Part shown: one piece after another, positions 47,195 through 56,802 of the stretch
Layout of the letters: each line of letters starts with the position of its first letter
How positions within the stretch are numbered: the stretch's first letter is position 1
Assembly (NCBI GenBank): GCA_965284495.1
Contig: OZ260105.1
Location: 260,049-324,048, forward strand
Direction of reading: 5' to 3'
Origin: Burkholderiaceae bacterium
GTDB lineage: Bacteria; Pseudomonadota; Gammaproteobacteria; Burkholderiales; Burkholderiaceae_C
DNA: 64,000 nt
Translations under genes and position numbers: made by a program
The notes under the pieces: model-generated
The model's input: only the letters and a program-made list of their open reading frames with translations
Databases searched by the model: none
Told to the model about the DNA's origin: nothing

Positions 47195-47602
47195 TCACAG
47201 CCCCAGAGCGGCGATGCCGGCGCGTGCAATCTGCGCGTCTTCGGTGGATTTGACGCCGCTCACGCCCACAGCGCCCAGGCACTGGCCGTCTTTCATGATC
47301 GGCACGCCGCCTTCGAGCAACCCGTCGATCCCGGGAGCGCTCAGGAAGGACATGCGTCCACCGTTGACCACGTCCTCATACACCTTGCTCTCGCGTCGCC
47401 CCAGGGCGGCTGTGCGGGCCTTGGAGGGGGCGATGTGGGACGACACTGCCGCCGCGCCATCCAGGCGCTGCAGCCACAGCAGGTGGCCGCCGTCGTCGAC
47501 GATGGCAATGGTCACGGCCCAGTGGTTCTTGAGGGCTTCGGCTTCGGCTGCGGCGGCCACTGCCTTGACGTCGGCGAGTTCGAGTTCGGGTTTGGTTTTC
47601 AT
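47195..47602 (-). CDS. GlcG/HbpS family heme-binding protein
   Basis: VTIAIVDDGG, KARTAA, EGGVPI, GAVGVSG. Confidence 0.88.
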   Translation of the reverse strand: MKTKPELELADVKAVAAAAEAEALKNHWAVTIAIVDDGGHLLWLQRLDGAAAVSSHIAPSKARTAALGRRESKVYEDVVNGGRMSFLSAPGIDGLLEGGVPIMKDGQCLGAVGVSGVKSTEDAQIARAGIAALGL

Positions 47603-47842
47603 GGATTGATCCAGAGGATGGAGAGAAGACTTAGAAAGAAGAAGTGCCGGGCTGCCGACAGGCCACCCCGAAACGACAATCGGCAAGCATAGCGACATCT
47701 CACACGCCCTTCACCCCCACCCAGGGCGAAAGAACCCTCACCAAAAGTAGGTGACCGGACGCGGTTATTGCCATGCCAGACACCGTCACCAACTAAAATT
47801 TGCGGTGTCTGCGCTGTGCAGGCCAACAAGGAGAGACACAAG

Positions 47843-48538
47843 ATGAATGACAACGTCACCACCCTGGGCCACTCTGCGGGCTATGGCATCTCGCAGGAAG
47901 AGCGCCACAAGGTGCTTCGCAATACCTACTGGCTGCTCGCACTGAGCATGCTTCCCACCGTGCTGGGCGCCTGGGTTGGCGTGGCCACCGGTATCACCCG
48001 CTCACTGAGCGGCGGCATCGGCCTGATCGTGTTCCTCGGCGGCGCGTTCGGTTTCATGTATGCCATCGAAAAGACCAAGCGCTCGGCAGCCGGCGTGCCG
48101 GTGCTGCTGGCGTTCACGTTCTTCATGGGCCTGATGCTGTCGCGCATGATTGCCATGGTGCTGGGGTTCAAGAACGGCTCTGACCTGATCATGACGGCGT
48201 TTGCGGGCACGGCAGGCGTGTTCTTCGTGATGGCCAGCCTGGCCAGCGTGATCAAGCGTGATCTGTCGGGCATGGGCAAGTGGTTGACGGTGGGCGCGCT
48301 GGTGCTCATGGTGGGCGCAGTCATCAACATCTTCGTGGGCTCTACAGCCGGCATGATGGCGATCTCGGTGGCTGCCATCGGTATCTTCAGCGCCTTCATG
48401 CTGTATGACCTCAAGCGCATTCTGGACGGTGGCGAAACCAACTACATCAGCGCTACGCTGGCTTTGTACCTGAGCGTTTTCAACGTGTTCCAGAGCCTGC
48501 TGGCACTGCTGGGCATCATGGGTGGCGAGCGCGACTGA
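47843..48538 (+). CDS. yccA: Bax inhibitor-1/YccA family membrane protein
   Basis: VLRNTY.LL, 7 TM helices, YISAT.ALYL. Confidence 0.85.
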   Translation: MNDNVTTLGHSAGYGISQEERHKVLRNTYWLLALSMLPTVLGAWVGVATGITRSLSGGIGLIVFLGGAFGFMYAIEKTKRSAAGVPVLLAFTFFMGLMLSRMIAMVLGFKNGSDLIMTAFAGTAGVFFVMASLASVIKRDLSGMGKWLTVGALVLMVGAVINIFVGSTAGMMAISVAAIGIFSAFMLYDLKRILDGGETNYISATLALYLSVFNVFQSLLALLGIMGGERD

Positions 48539-48565
48539 CCGTTGCACAGACCCCCGTTCTCCGTC

Positions 48566-48590
48566 AAAAGGCTCCTTCGGGAGCCTTTTT
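48566..48590 (+). terminator. Intrinsic terminator with UUCG loop
   Basis: AAAAGGCTCC-TTCG-GGAGCCTTTTT. Confidence 0.9.
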
Positions 48591-48651
48591 CTTGGGCGCT
48601 CCACAGGGTCAAGCCTCAATAGAACGGGCCACGTGCCGATAATGCAAGTAC

Positions 48652-49026
48652 ATGTATCGCAACAACCCTTCCACCGTGCTGCGTCTGCTGGCCGTCTCTG
48701 GCGTGCTGCTGCTGGCCGCGTGCGACAAAATTCCTGGCATGGGCCCGGACCCGCGCGTTGCGCAGCGCGATGAAGAAGCCAAGGCCATTGGCGGTGCCTG
48801 CCGCCATGCGCTGCGGGGGCTGGAAGACTGCTACACCTTGAACCCCAAAGCCGCCAAGGCCTCGGTTTTTGCGGGCTGGAAGGACATGGACGCGTACATG
48901 CGCGAAAACAAGCTCGAAGGCACCCCGTCGGTGCTGGGGAAAGCCGAGAAGCCAGAGCGTGCTGAAAAATCCACCGACATCGAGACCGAAACACGCGACC
49001 CGGCTAGCAGTCGCAACCGCAGCTGA
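48652..49026 (+). CDS. Hypothetical lipoprotein
   Basis: LLAA-C lipobox; IGGACRHALRGLEDCY. Confidence 0.7.
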   Translation: MYRNNPSTVLRLLAVSGVLLLAACDKIPGMGPDPRVAQRDEEAKAIGGACRHALRGLEDCYTLNPKAAKASVFAGWKDMDAYMRENKLEGTPSVLGKAEKPERAEKSTDIETETRDPASSRNRS

Positions 49027-49200
49027 TTGCTTCGAATCGCATCGCCCACGGTCGGCGTCACCCAAACATTCCTTCGCGGCAGGCGAATACTGCACAGTGC
49101 GTGCCGCCGCTTTTGGAACACCGATAAGGATTTGCCTTCCATCGGATAACTGGGCGGGAAGCCGCAGACGGTGCCGTAGCACGGCACGGCGCACCAACGA

Positions 49201-49249
49201 CGTTTGACGTTTGGCGTTTGGCGTTTGGCGTTTGGCGTTGGACGTTTGA
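49201..49249. repeat. 7-nt tandem repeat CGTTTGG, 7 units (4 perfect)
   Basis: Lies immediately 3' of the rlmD stop. Confidence 0.95.
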
Positions 49250-49262
49250 AGGCAAAGCCGTA

Positions 49263-50723
49263 TCAGACCCGGTCAAATACCGCCATGCTCTCCACGTGGG
49301 CGGTGTGCGGGAACATGTTCACCATGCCTGCCGCCGTGCACTGGTAGCCTGCTGAATGCACGAGCAGCCCTGCATCACGGGCCAGCGTGGCGGGGTTGCA
49401 GCTCACGTAAACGATGCGCTTGGGCGGCGTCCAGCCCTCGGCGCCAGCGGGCGACGGGCCTGCACCTTCCGCCCCGATGCGGGCCTGCTCCAAATCGGCC
49501 AGCGCCTGAACGAGCGCGAAGGCACCTTCGCGCGGTGGGTCCACCAGCCACTTGTCGGCCGACCCATCGGCCACCAGCATCTCAGGGGTCATCTCAAACA
49601 AATTACGCGCTACAAAATCAGTAGCTGCTAGCGCTTTATGGCCCTGCGCTACAGCCTGATTCAACGCATAGTTTTCGCGTGAACGGACCACCAGGGCTTC
49701 GCTGCCCTCAATGCCCAGCACCTCGCGCGCCTGGGTCGCCAGCGGCAAGGTGAAATTGCCCAGGCCGCAGAACCAGTCGATCACGCGCTCGTCGGCCTTT
49801 ACATCCAGCAAACGCAGCGCACGCGAGACCAGCACACGGTTGATGTGCGGGTTCACCTGCGTGAAGTCGGTGGGCTTGAACGGCATGGTGATGCCGAAAT
49901 CGGGCAAGGCATACGACAAGGTTTCGCCGCCTTCGTCCAGCAGCTTTACGGTATCCGGTCCTTTGGGCTGTAGCCACCATTGCGCGTTGTGCTCTGCGGC
50001 AAAGGCGCGCAACTGGGCGATGTCGTCCGCGCTCAGGGGTTCTAGGTGGCGCAGCACCAGCGCAGTCACTGTGTCGCCGCAGGCCAGTTCGATCTGCGGA
50101 CAGGTGTCACGTGCGTCCATGCCGGCAATCAGCGCCCGCAGGGGCATCAGCATGGCGTCGACATGGGGCGGCAGCACAGGGCACTGCTGCATGTCGGCCA
50201 CATAGCGGCTTTTGCGCTCATGAAAACCTACCAGCACCTGGCCTTTTTTGATCACATGGCGTACCGACAGGCGGGCGCGGTAGCGGTAGCCCCAGGCTGG
50301 CCCTTCGATGGGGCGCAGCATGGTCTGGGCCTTGACCTTGCCCAGGTGCCAGAGGTTGTCTTCCAGCACCCGCTGCTTGACGGCTACCTGGGCGCCCACA
50401 TGCAGATGCTGCATCTTGCAGCCGCCACACGCACCCGCGTGCAAGCCAAAGTGCGGGCAACCCGGGCGCACGCGCTGCGACGATTCACGGTGAATCGCGA
50501 GCAGGCTGGCCTGCTCCCAGTTGTTCTTTTTGCGGTGGGTGTTGGCGGTGACCAGCTCAAACGGCAGGGCGCCGTCGATAAAAATGACCTTGCCGTCCGG
50601 CTTGCGGGCGACGCCTTGGGCGTCCAAATCCATGGACTGCACCTGCAGCCAGCCCTCGGGCAGGTCCGAGGCTTCCTGTGCGGTGGGTTCAAACGAGGGG
50701 GATAGTTCTTTGGGTGCGCTCAT
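49263..50723 (-). CDS. rlmD: 23S rRNA (U1939)-methyltransferase
   Basis: CPHF...CGGC.MQH 4Fe-4S cluster, [36 protein letters not shown]. Confidence 0.92.
   Translation of the reverse strand: MSAPKELSPSFEPTAQEASDLPEGWLQVQSMDLDAQGVARKPDGKVIFIDGALPFELVTANTHRKKNNWEQASLLAIHRESSQRVRPGCPHFGLHAGACGGCKMQHLHVGAQVAVKQRVLEDNLWHLGKVKAQTMLRPIEGPAWGYRYRARLSVRHVIKKGQVLVGFHERKSRYVADMQQCPVLPPHVDAMLMPLRALIAGMDARDTCPQIELACGDTVTALVLRHLEPLSADDIAQLRAFAAEHNAQWWLQPKGPDTVKLLDEGGETLSYALPDFGITMPFKPTDFTQVNPHINRVLVSRALRLLDVKADERVIDWFCGLGNFTLPLATQAREVLGIEGSEALVVRSRENYALNQAVAQGHKALAATDFVARNLFEMTPEMLVADGSADKWLVDPPREGAFALVQALADLEQARIGAEGAGPSPAGAEGWTPPKRIVYVSCNPATLARDAGLLVHSAGYQCTAAGMVNMFPHTAHVESMAVFDRV
49609..49663 (-). repeat. 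Family A repeat copy inside the rlmD coding frame
   Basis: - strand CTGTAGCGCAG-N7-AAGCGCTAG-CA-GCTAC-N7-GTAGC; encodes [18 protein letters not shown]. Confidence 0.85.
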
Positions 50724-50782
50724 CCCCCGATTGTCTCAGGCCCGGGACCGCATCGACCCGGGGCTGGACGGCATCCGAAGGA

Positions 50783-51076
50783 TCAGCCCCGGTCAGCGCG
50801 GGCGGGGCGGCCGCCCATACCACGTTGCGCAGACGCAAGTGGCAGTCTGTTGATGGCGACGTCGCATCCGTGGTTGTCGGGGGAGAACACGAGCGTGGAG
50901 CCCGGCGCCACCAGGGGCAGGGTCTCGTGGATCTGGCGAGACATGTCCACTGGCGGTTCGGGCGCGCGGTAGACGATGTCCTTGTCGGGGCCGTAAACCA
51001 AGTAACACGAGGCGGCAGCCGACTGGCTGAAAAGGGCCGCCACCAGGGCAGCAGCAGCGTATGGGAAGGCGGTCAT
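50783..51076 (-). CDS. Hypothetical secreted protein
   Basis: Signal peptide; CYLVYGPD...VYRAPEPPVDMS. Confidence 0.6.
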   Translation of the reverse strand: MTAFPYAAAALVAALFSQSAAASCYLVYGPDKDIVYRAPEPPVDMSRQIHETLPLVAPGSTLVFSPDNHGCDVAINRLPLASAQRGMGGRPARADRG

Positions 51077-51189
51077 GGTTCTTCTCCTCAATCTGACGAA
51101 TCTGCAGCCGATTATGCGGGCTTATGCCACGCGAGCCAATGCGGCTGTGGCTTTCAAGCCGCCTTGTGGCGCTGCCACGGCCTCAGCGC

Positions 51190-51663
51190 TCAGCGCAGAT
51201 GCAAGTGATTGGTGTGCTTGACCTCTTCCATCACCGCGTAGGTGCGTGTTTCACGCACGCCCGGCAGCTGCCACAGCACGTTGCCTGCAAACAGGCGGTA
51301 GGCGTTCATATCGGCCGAGCGGGTCTTGAGCAGGTAGTCAAAGCCGCCCGCCACCATGTGGCATTCCATTATCTCCGGGTGCACCTGCACGGCGGCCTTG
51401 AACTGGTCGAACACGTTGGGCGTGGTGCGGTCGAGCAGCACCTCCACAAACACCAGCATGCCTGCGCCCAGTATCAAAGGGTTCAGCCGCGCCTCGTAAC
51501 CCAGGATGAAGCCATCGCGCGTGAGGCGTTGCACGCGCGCCAGCACGGCCGTGGGTGACAGCGCTACGGCCTCGGCCAGTTTGAGGTTGGCAATGCGACC
51601 ATCCCCTTGCAGGATTGACAGGATCTTGCGGTCGATTCGGTCGATATCGGGATCTGCTTGCAT
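51190..51663 (-). CDS. putR: Lrp/AsnC family regulator (PutR-like)
   Basis: IDRIDRKIL..LQ.DGRI, ECHMVAGGFDYLLK; divergent from putA. Confidence 0.8.
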   Translation of the reverse strand: MQADPDIDRIDRKILSILQGDGRIANLKLAEAVALSPTAVLARVQRLTRDGFILGYEARLNPLILGAGMLVFVEVLLDRTTPNVFDQFKAAVQVHPEIMECHMVAGGFDYLLKTRSADMNAYRLFAGNVLWQLPGVRETRTYAVMEEVKHTNHLHLR

Positions 51664-51789
51664 TTTGAATAGTCATTAGTTCGGCGCCACCTGCAATTTT
51701 CGAACATTTATTCAGCGTCAGTCCAAGGATCATTGGCAACAACGCGCCAAACAAGCTTTTGGCCCACAAATCCACCGAAAGACACCGCC

Positions 51790-54700
51790 ATGACGCAGCC
51801 CACCGCCCTGCCCTCTGCTCCGTTCGCCGACTTTGCCCCCCGCACGCCGCTCGCAAGCCCGCTGCGCACTGCCATCACCGCAGCCACCCGCCGCCCCGAG
51901 CCAGAGGCACTGGCCCCGCTGCTGGCACAGGCGCGCCTGCCACAAGAACACGCCGCATCGGCCGAGCAACTGGCCCTGCGCATTGCCAAGGCGCTGCGCG
52001 AACGCAAGGCAAGCTCTGGGCGCGCGGGCATCGTGCAGGGCCTTCTGCAAGAGTTCTCGCTGTCGTCGCAAGAAGGCGTGGCGCTGATGTGCCTGGCTGA
52101 GGCGCTGCTGCGCATCCCCGACAAGGCCACGCGTGACGCGCTGATCCGCGACAAAATCAGCCACGGCCAGTGGGATGCCCACCTGGGCAAGAGCCCGTCG
52201 CTCTTCGTCAACGCTGCCACCTGGGGCCTGCTGATCACCGGCAAGCTGGTGGCCACGCACAGCGAAGGCAACCTGGGTAACTCGCTGGGGCGCCTGATCG
52301 GCAGGGGCGGCGAGCCCCTGATCCGCAAAGGCGTGGACATGGCCATGCGCATGATGGGCGAGCAGTTTGTGACTGGCGAGACCATTGACGAAGCCCTGCG
52401 CAACGCCCGCACCGTGGAGGCCGAGGGCTTTCGCTATTCGTACGACATGCTGGGCGAGGCCGCGCTGACCAGCGCGGATGCGCAGCGCTACTACCAGTCC
52501 TACGAGAAGGCCATCCATGCGATTGGCAAGGCCTCTGCCGGGCGCGGCATTTACGAAGGGCCGGGCATCTCCATCAAGCTCTCGGCCTTGCACCCCCGCT
52601 ACAGCCGTGCACAGTTCGGCCGCGTGATGGACGGGCTGTACCCGCTGGTGTTGCGCCTGACCGCGCTGGCCAAGCAGTACGACATTGGCCTGAACATCGA
52701 CGCCGAAGAAGCCGACCGGCTGGAGCTGTCGCTGGACCTGCTCGAGCGCCTGTGCCATGAGCCCACCCTGGCGGGCTGGAACGGCATTGGCTTTGTGATC
52801 CAGGCCTATCAAAAGCGCTGCCCCTTCGTCATCGACTACGTGGTGGACCTGGCCCGCCGCAGCCAGCGCCGCCTGATGGTGCGCCTGGTCAAGGGCGCCT
52901 ATTGGGACAGCGAAATCAAGCGCGCCCAGGTCGATGGCATGGAAGACTACCCCGTGTACACCCGCAAGGTGCACACCGACATTTCGTACATCGCCTGCGC
53001 AAAGAAGCTGCTGGCCGCGCCCGAGGCCGTGTACCCCCAGTTCGCCACGCACAACGCCGAAACCCTGGCCACCATCTACCAAATGGCCGGCAGCAACTAC
53101 TACCCCGGCCAGTACGAGTTCCAGTGCCTGCACGGCATGGGCGAGCCCTTGTACGAGCAAGTGGTGGGCGCTATCACTGCCGGCAAGCTCGGCCGCCCGT
53201 GCCGTATCTACGCCCCCGTGGGCACGCACGAAACCCTGCTGGCCTACCTGGTGCGCCGCCTGCTGGAGAACGGTGCCAACACCTCGTTCGTGAACCGCAT
53301 TGCCGACGAGACCATTGCGCTGGACGAGTTGGTGAAAAGCCCCGTGCAGGTGGTGGACCAACAAACCGCGGTGCAGGGCACCGCTGGCATGCCTCACCCA
53401 CGCATCCCACTGCCAGCGGCGCTGTATGGTGCCCACCGCGCCAATTCACGCGGGCTGGACCTGTCGAACGAAAACACGCTGACTGAACTGACAGCCGCCC
53501 TGCAAGCCACGGCCACCGATGCCTGGACAGCGGCTCCCCTGATGGGCACCGATGCGCCCGCAGGCCCTACCCAGCCCGTGCGCAACCCGGCCGACCACAG
53601 CGATGTGGTGGGCAACGTACAAGAGGCCACCACCGCCGACGTGGACCAGGCCCTGGCCCACGCCCAGGCCGCCGCAGCCCCCTGGGCCGCTACGCCACCT
53701 GCCGAGCGTGCCGCCGCCCTGTTGCGCACTGCCGACCTGCTGGAAGCCCGCATGCAACCCCTGCTGGGCCTGCTGATGCGCGAAGCCGGCAAAAGCGCCA
53801 GCAACGCCGTGGCCGAGGTGCGCGAAGCCGTGGATTTTCTGCGCTACTACGCGGCCCAGGTGCAAAGCACCTTCGACAACGCCACCCACATCCCGCTGGG
53901 CCCGGTGGCCTGCATCAGCCCCTGGAACTTCCCGCTCGCCATCTTCATGGGCCAGGTAGCAGCGGCGCTGGCCGCAGGCAACCCCGTGCTGGCCAAGCCC
54001 GCTGAGCAAACCCCGCTGATCGCCGCCGAGGCCGTGCGCCTGCTGTGGGAGGCCGGTGTGCCCCGCGCCGCCGTGCAACTGCTGCCCGGCCAGGGCGAAA
54101 CCGTGGGTGCCCGCCTGATTGGCGACGCCCGCGTGATGGGCGTGATGTTCACCGGCTCTACCGAAGTGGCGCGCATCCTGCAGCGCATCTTGGCCGGGCG
54201 GCTGGATGCAGCAGGCCGCCCCATCCCGCTGATTGCCGAGACCGGTGGACAGAACGCGATGATCGTGGACTCGTCCGCCCTGGTCGAGCAGGTGGTGGGC
54301 GACGCCGTGTCGTCGGCCTTCGACAGCGCAGGCCAGCGCTGCTCTGCCCTGCGCGTGCTGTGCGTGCAAAGCGACGCTGCCGATCGCGTGGTCGAGATGC
54401 TGCAAGGCGCCATGGGCGAGCTGCGTGTGGGCAACCCCGGCGCGCTGCGCGTGGATGTGGGCCCGGTGATCGATGCCGAAGCGCAGGCGGGCATCACCCA
54501 ACACATCGAGACATTAAGGCCAAGGGCCATCGCGTGTTCCAGCACCCTAACCATGTCTCGGCTGCCAGCGCAGAGGGCACCTTTGTGCCCCCCACGCTGA
54601 TCGAGCTGAATCACATCGGCGAGCTGCAGCGCGAGGTCTTCGGCCCCGTGCTGCACCTGGTGCGCTACGCCCGCAACGACCTGGACCAGTTGCTCGACCA

Positions 54701-55547
54701 GATCAACGACACCGGCTACGGCCTGACGCAGGGCGTGCACACCCGCATCGACGAAACCATTGCCCGTGTGGTGAACCGCGCCCACGCAGGCAACGTGTAC
54801 GTGAACCGCAACATGGTGGGCGCCGTGGTCGGCGTGCAGCCGTTTGGGGGTGAAGGTCTGTCGGGCACTGGTCCCAAGGCGGGTGGGCCGCTGTACCTGC
54901 TGCGCCTGTTGTCGGAACGCCCGGCCGATGCGCTGGCGCGCACCTTTGCTGACGCCGACCGCACCACGCCCCCCGAGGACACACAGCGCGACCGCCTTCT
55001 GGCACCGCTCGCCACCCTGCAGCAATGGGCGCAGAGCCAAGGCAATGCAACACTGACCAGCACCTGCCAGCGCTTTGCCCAGCAAACCCAGAGCGGCACC
55101 GCCCGCACCCTGCCCGGCCCCACCGGCGAGCGCAACGTCTACACCCTGGCCCCGCGCGCCCGCGTGCTGTGCGTCACCCAGAACACGGACGAGTTGCTGA
55201 CGCAAACCGCCGCCGTGCTCGCCACCGGCGGCACAGCACTGTGGCCCAGTACCCAAGCGAGTCTGCGTGCCAAGCTGCCCACCCCGGTGCAGGCCCAGAT
55301 CGCACTGCACGACAACGCACTGGACGACGGCTCTTTAGCACTGGACGCAGTGCTTCACCATGGCGACGCCACATCGCTGCAGACCGTGTGCGCCACCCTC
55401 GCCCGGCGCGCCGGGCCCATCGTCGGCGTGACAGCGCTGCCGTCAGGCGCCGTCGATGTCCCGCTGGAACGCCTGCTGATCGAGCGAGCATTGAGCGTGA
55501 ACACAGCGGCCGCGGGGGGCAACGCCAGCTTGATGACGATTGGATGA
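51790..55547 (+). pseudogene. putA: Bifunctional proline dehydrogenase/P5C dehydrogenase with an apparent 1-nt deletion at ~54514-54516
   Basis: PRODH motifs (RLVKGAYWD, FATHN) and ALDH motifs (ETGGQN, GQRCSALR) in frame 1; EVFGPVLH, QPFGG and the C-terminal domain continue in the -1 frame after ACA TT|AAG GCC. Confidence 0.85.
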
Positions 55548-55644
55548 GTGCCGCGGTACCGGACGAACCTGTTCGCGATTCGCAGCCTCTGGCAGGTCGT
55601 CAACACGTTCTAAGGTCGCCAACCTCTGAAAATTTGAATGAAAT

Positions 55645-55694
55645 TGGCCTCTAGCGCTTATTGGTAAAGCGCTAGCAGCTATCCATTCAATAGC
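55645..55694 (+). repeat. Family A repeat copy
   Basis: TGGCCT-CTAGCGCTT-N7-AAGCGCTAG-CA-GCTAT-N7-ATAGC. Confidence 0.92.
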
Positions 55695-55697
55695 ATC

Positions 55698-56768
55698 TCA
55701 AGACGAGGATGCCAGCGGCAGATTGAGCAGCAGATTCTGCGGCTTGATGCGCACCAGACCACCCGCATCGGTGGCCAGCCCCAGGTACACCGGCTTGCCC
55801 GCCACGTCGGCGCGCATCTCGGCAGGGTTGGAAAAAGTCAGCGTGAACAGGCTGACCAGGCGCTGCATGCGGTCAGCCTCCACCACGCGGTCCTCGTACA
55901 GGTCATTGAGGATGGCGGTGGACTCCACATCCAGCCCCACATGCCAGCGCCACGCATTGTCAGTAATCTGGTGCGCGGGCTCGATCACCACTTGCACCCC
56001 CAGAAAGTGCGCAACCCAGCGCTCCAGCACCCGGGCCAACGACTTCAAACCGGATCGCGCGCGCGTCATCTTGAAGGTCAGCCCGTGGCTCAAGTCCTGC
56101 GTCAGCTCATGGGTCAGGTCCAGCAGAAACCGGTAGCGGCCGCTGTCCTGCCAATACTGAGACGCGTTGTCGGCGCCAAGGACTTGCAGGTCGATGCGCG
56201 GCTGCAGTGCGCCACTTTCCAACAGCAACCGCCCCACATCGCCCAGGCCCGCGGTTTCGTTGAGCATGTCCAGCGTGCCGCGGTCACCGGCCAGCATCTG
56301 CCCGTCCTGCAGGGTGACGCGCTGAGGCCGAAACAGCAGCTCGGCGGCGCGGGCTTCTGTGGCATCGTTGCAATCGTCCAGCAGGTTGCGCAGCATCGCC
56401 TGCACCATCGCGTCGATGAACACGGCCGGGACGTTGATGGCACCACCGCGCATGAGCTGCAGGTAATAGGCCTCCAGAGTGCCAGCGCTCTGTAACGCAT
56501 CGCGAAAACGCAGAAATACCGTGTAGTTCTCGCGGGCGTCATCGTCCTCGATGGCGGCTAGTTCGCCCGCAGCAACCACACGCGAGGGTTGTACCGCCAG
56601 AGACTCATGCAGTGCGATCTCGGCCGCGCACGACTCGGGCACCAACGCCAGCTCAGGACGAGCCAATACCCCTTGCAAATAGCCATCAGTGGGCACCAGC
56701 CAGCCCCGCGCGTTGCGGTTCAACGCATGAAAGCCGCAGTGGGGCCAGAAGTCATTGGCAAGTGTCAT
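55698..56768 (-). CDS. Conserved hypothetical protein (DUF6352-like)
   Basis: DFWP.CG...L.RPEL, W.W.VGLD.E.T..LN.LY, KPVYL.LA, KPQNLLLNLP pattern as I recall it for this family. Confidence 0.6.
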   Translation of the reverse strand: MTLANDFWPHCGFHALNRNARGWLVPTDGYLQGVLARPELALVPESCAAEIALHESLAVQPSRVVAAGELAAIEDDDARENYTVFLRFRDALQSAGTLEAYYLQLMRGGAINVPAVFIDAMVQAMLRNLLDDCNDATEARAAELLFRPQRVTLQDGQMLAGDRGTLDMLNETAGLGDVGRLLLESGALQPRIDLQVLGADNASQYWQDSGRYRFLLDLTHELTQDLSHGLTFKMTRARSGLKSLARVLERWVAHFLGVQVVIEPAHQITDNAWRWHVGLDVESTAILNDLYEDRVVEADRMQRLVSLFTLTFSNPAEMRADVAGKPVYLGLATDAGGLVRIKPQNLLLNLPLASSS

Positions 56769-56802
56769 GGAACTTTGGCTCGCTTCAACGGTGGTAGCCA
56801 GC

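Noticed and set aside
54045-54513. Separate 500-aa gene starting at 54045
   Set aside because: The first ~155 aa are off-frame putA sequence; only the part after ~54516 is real PutA C-terminus
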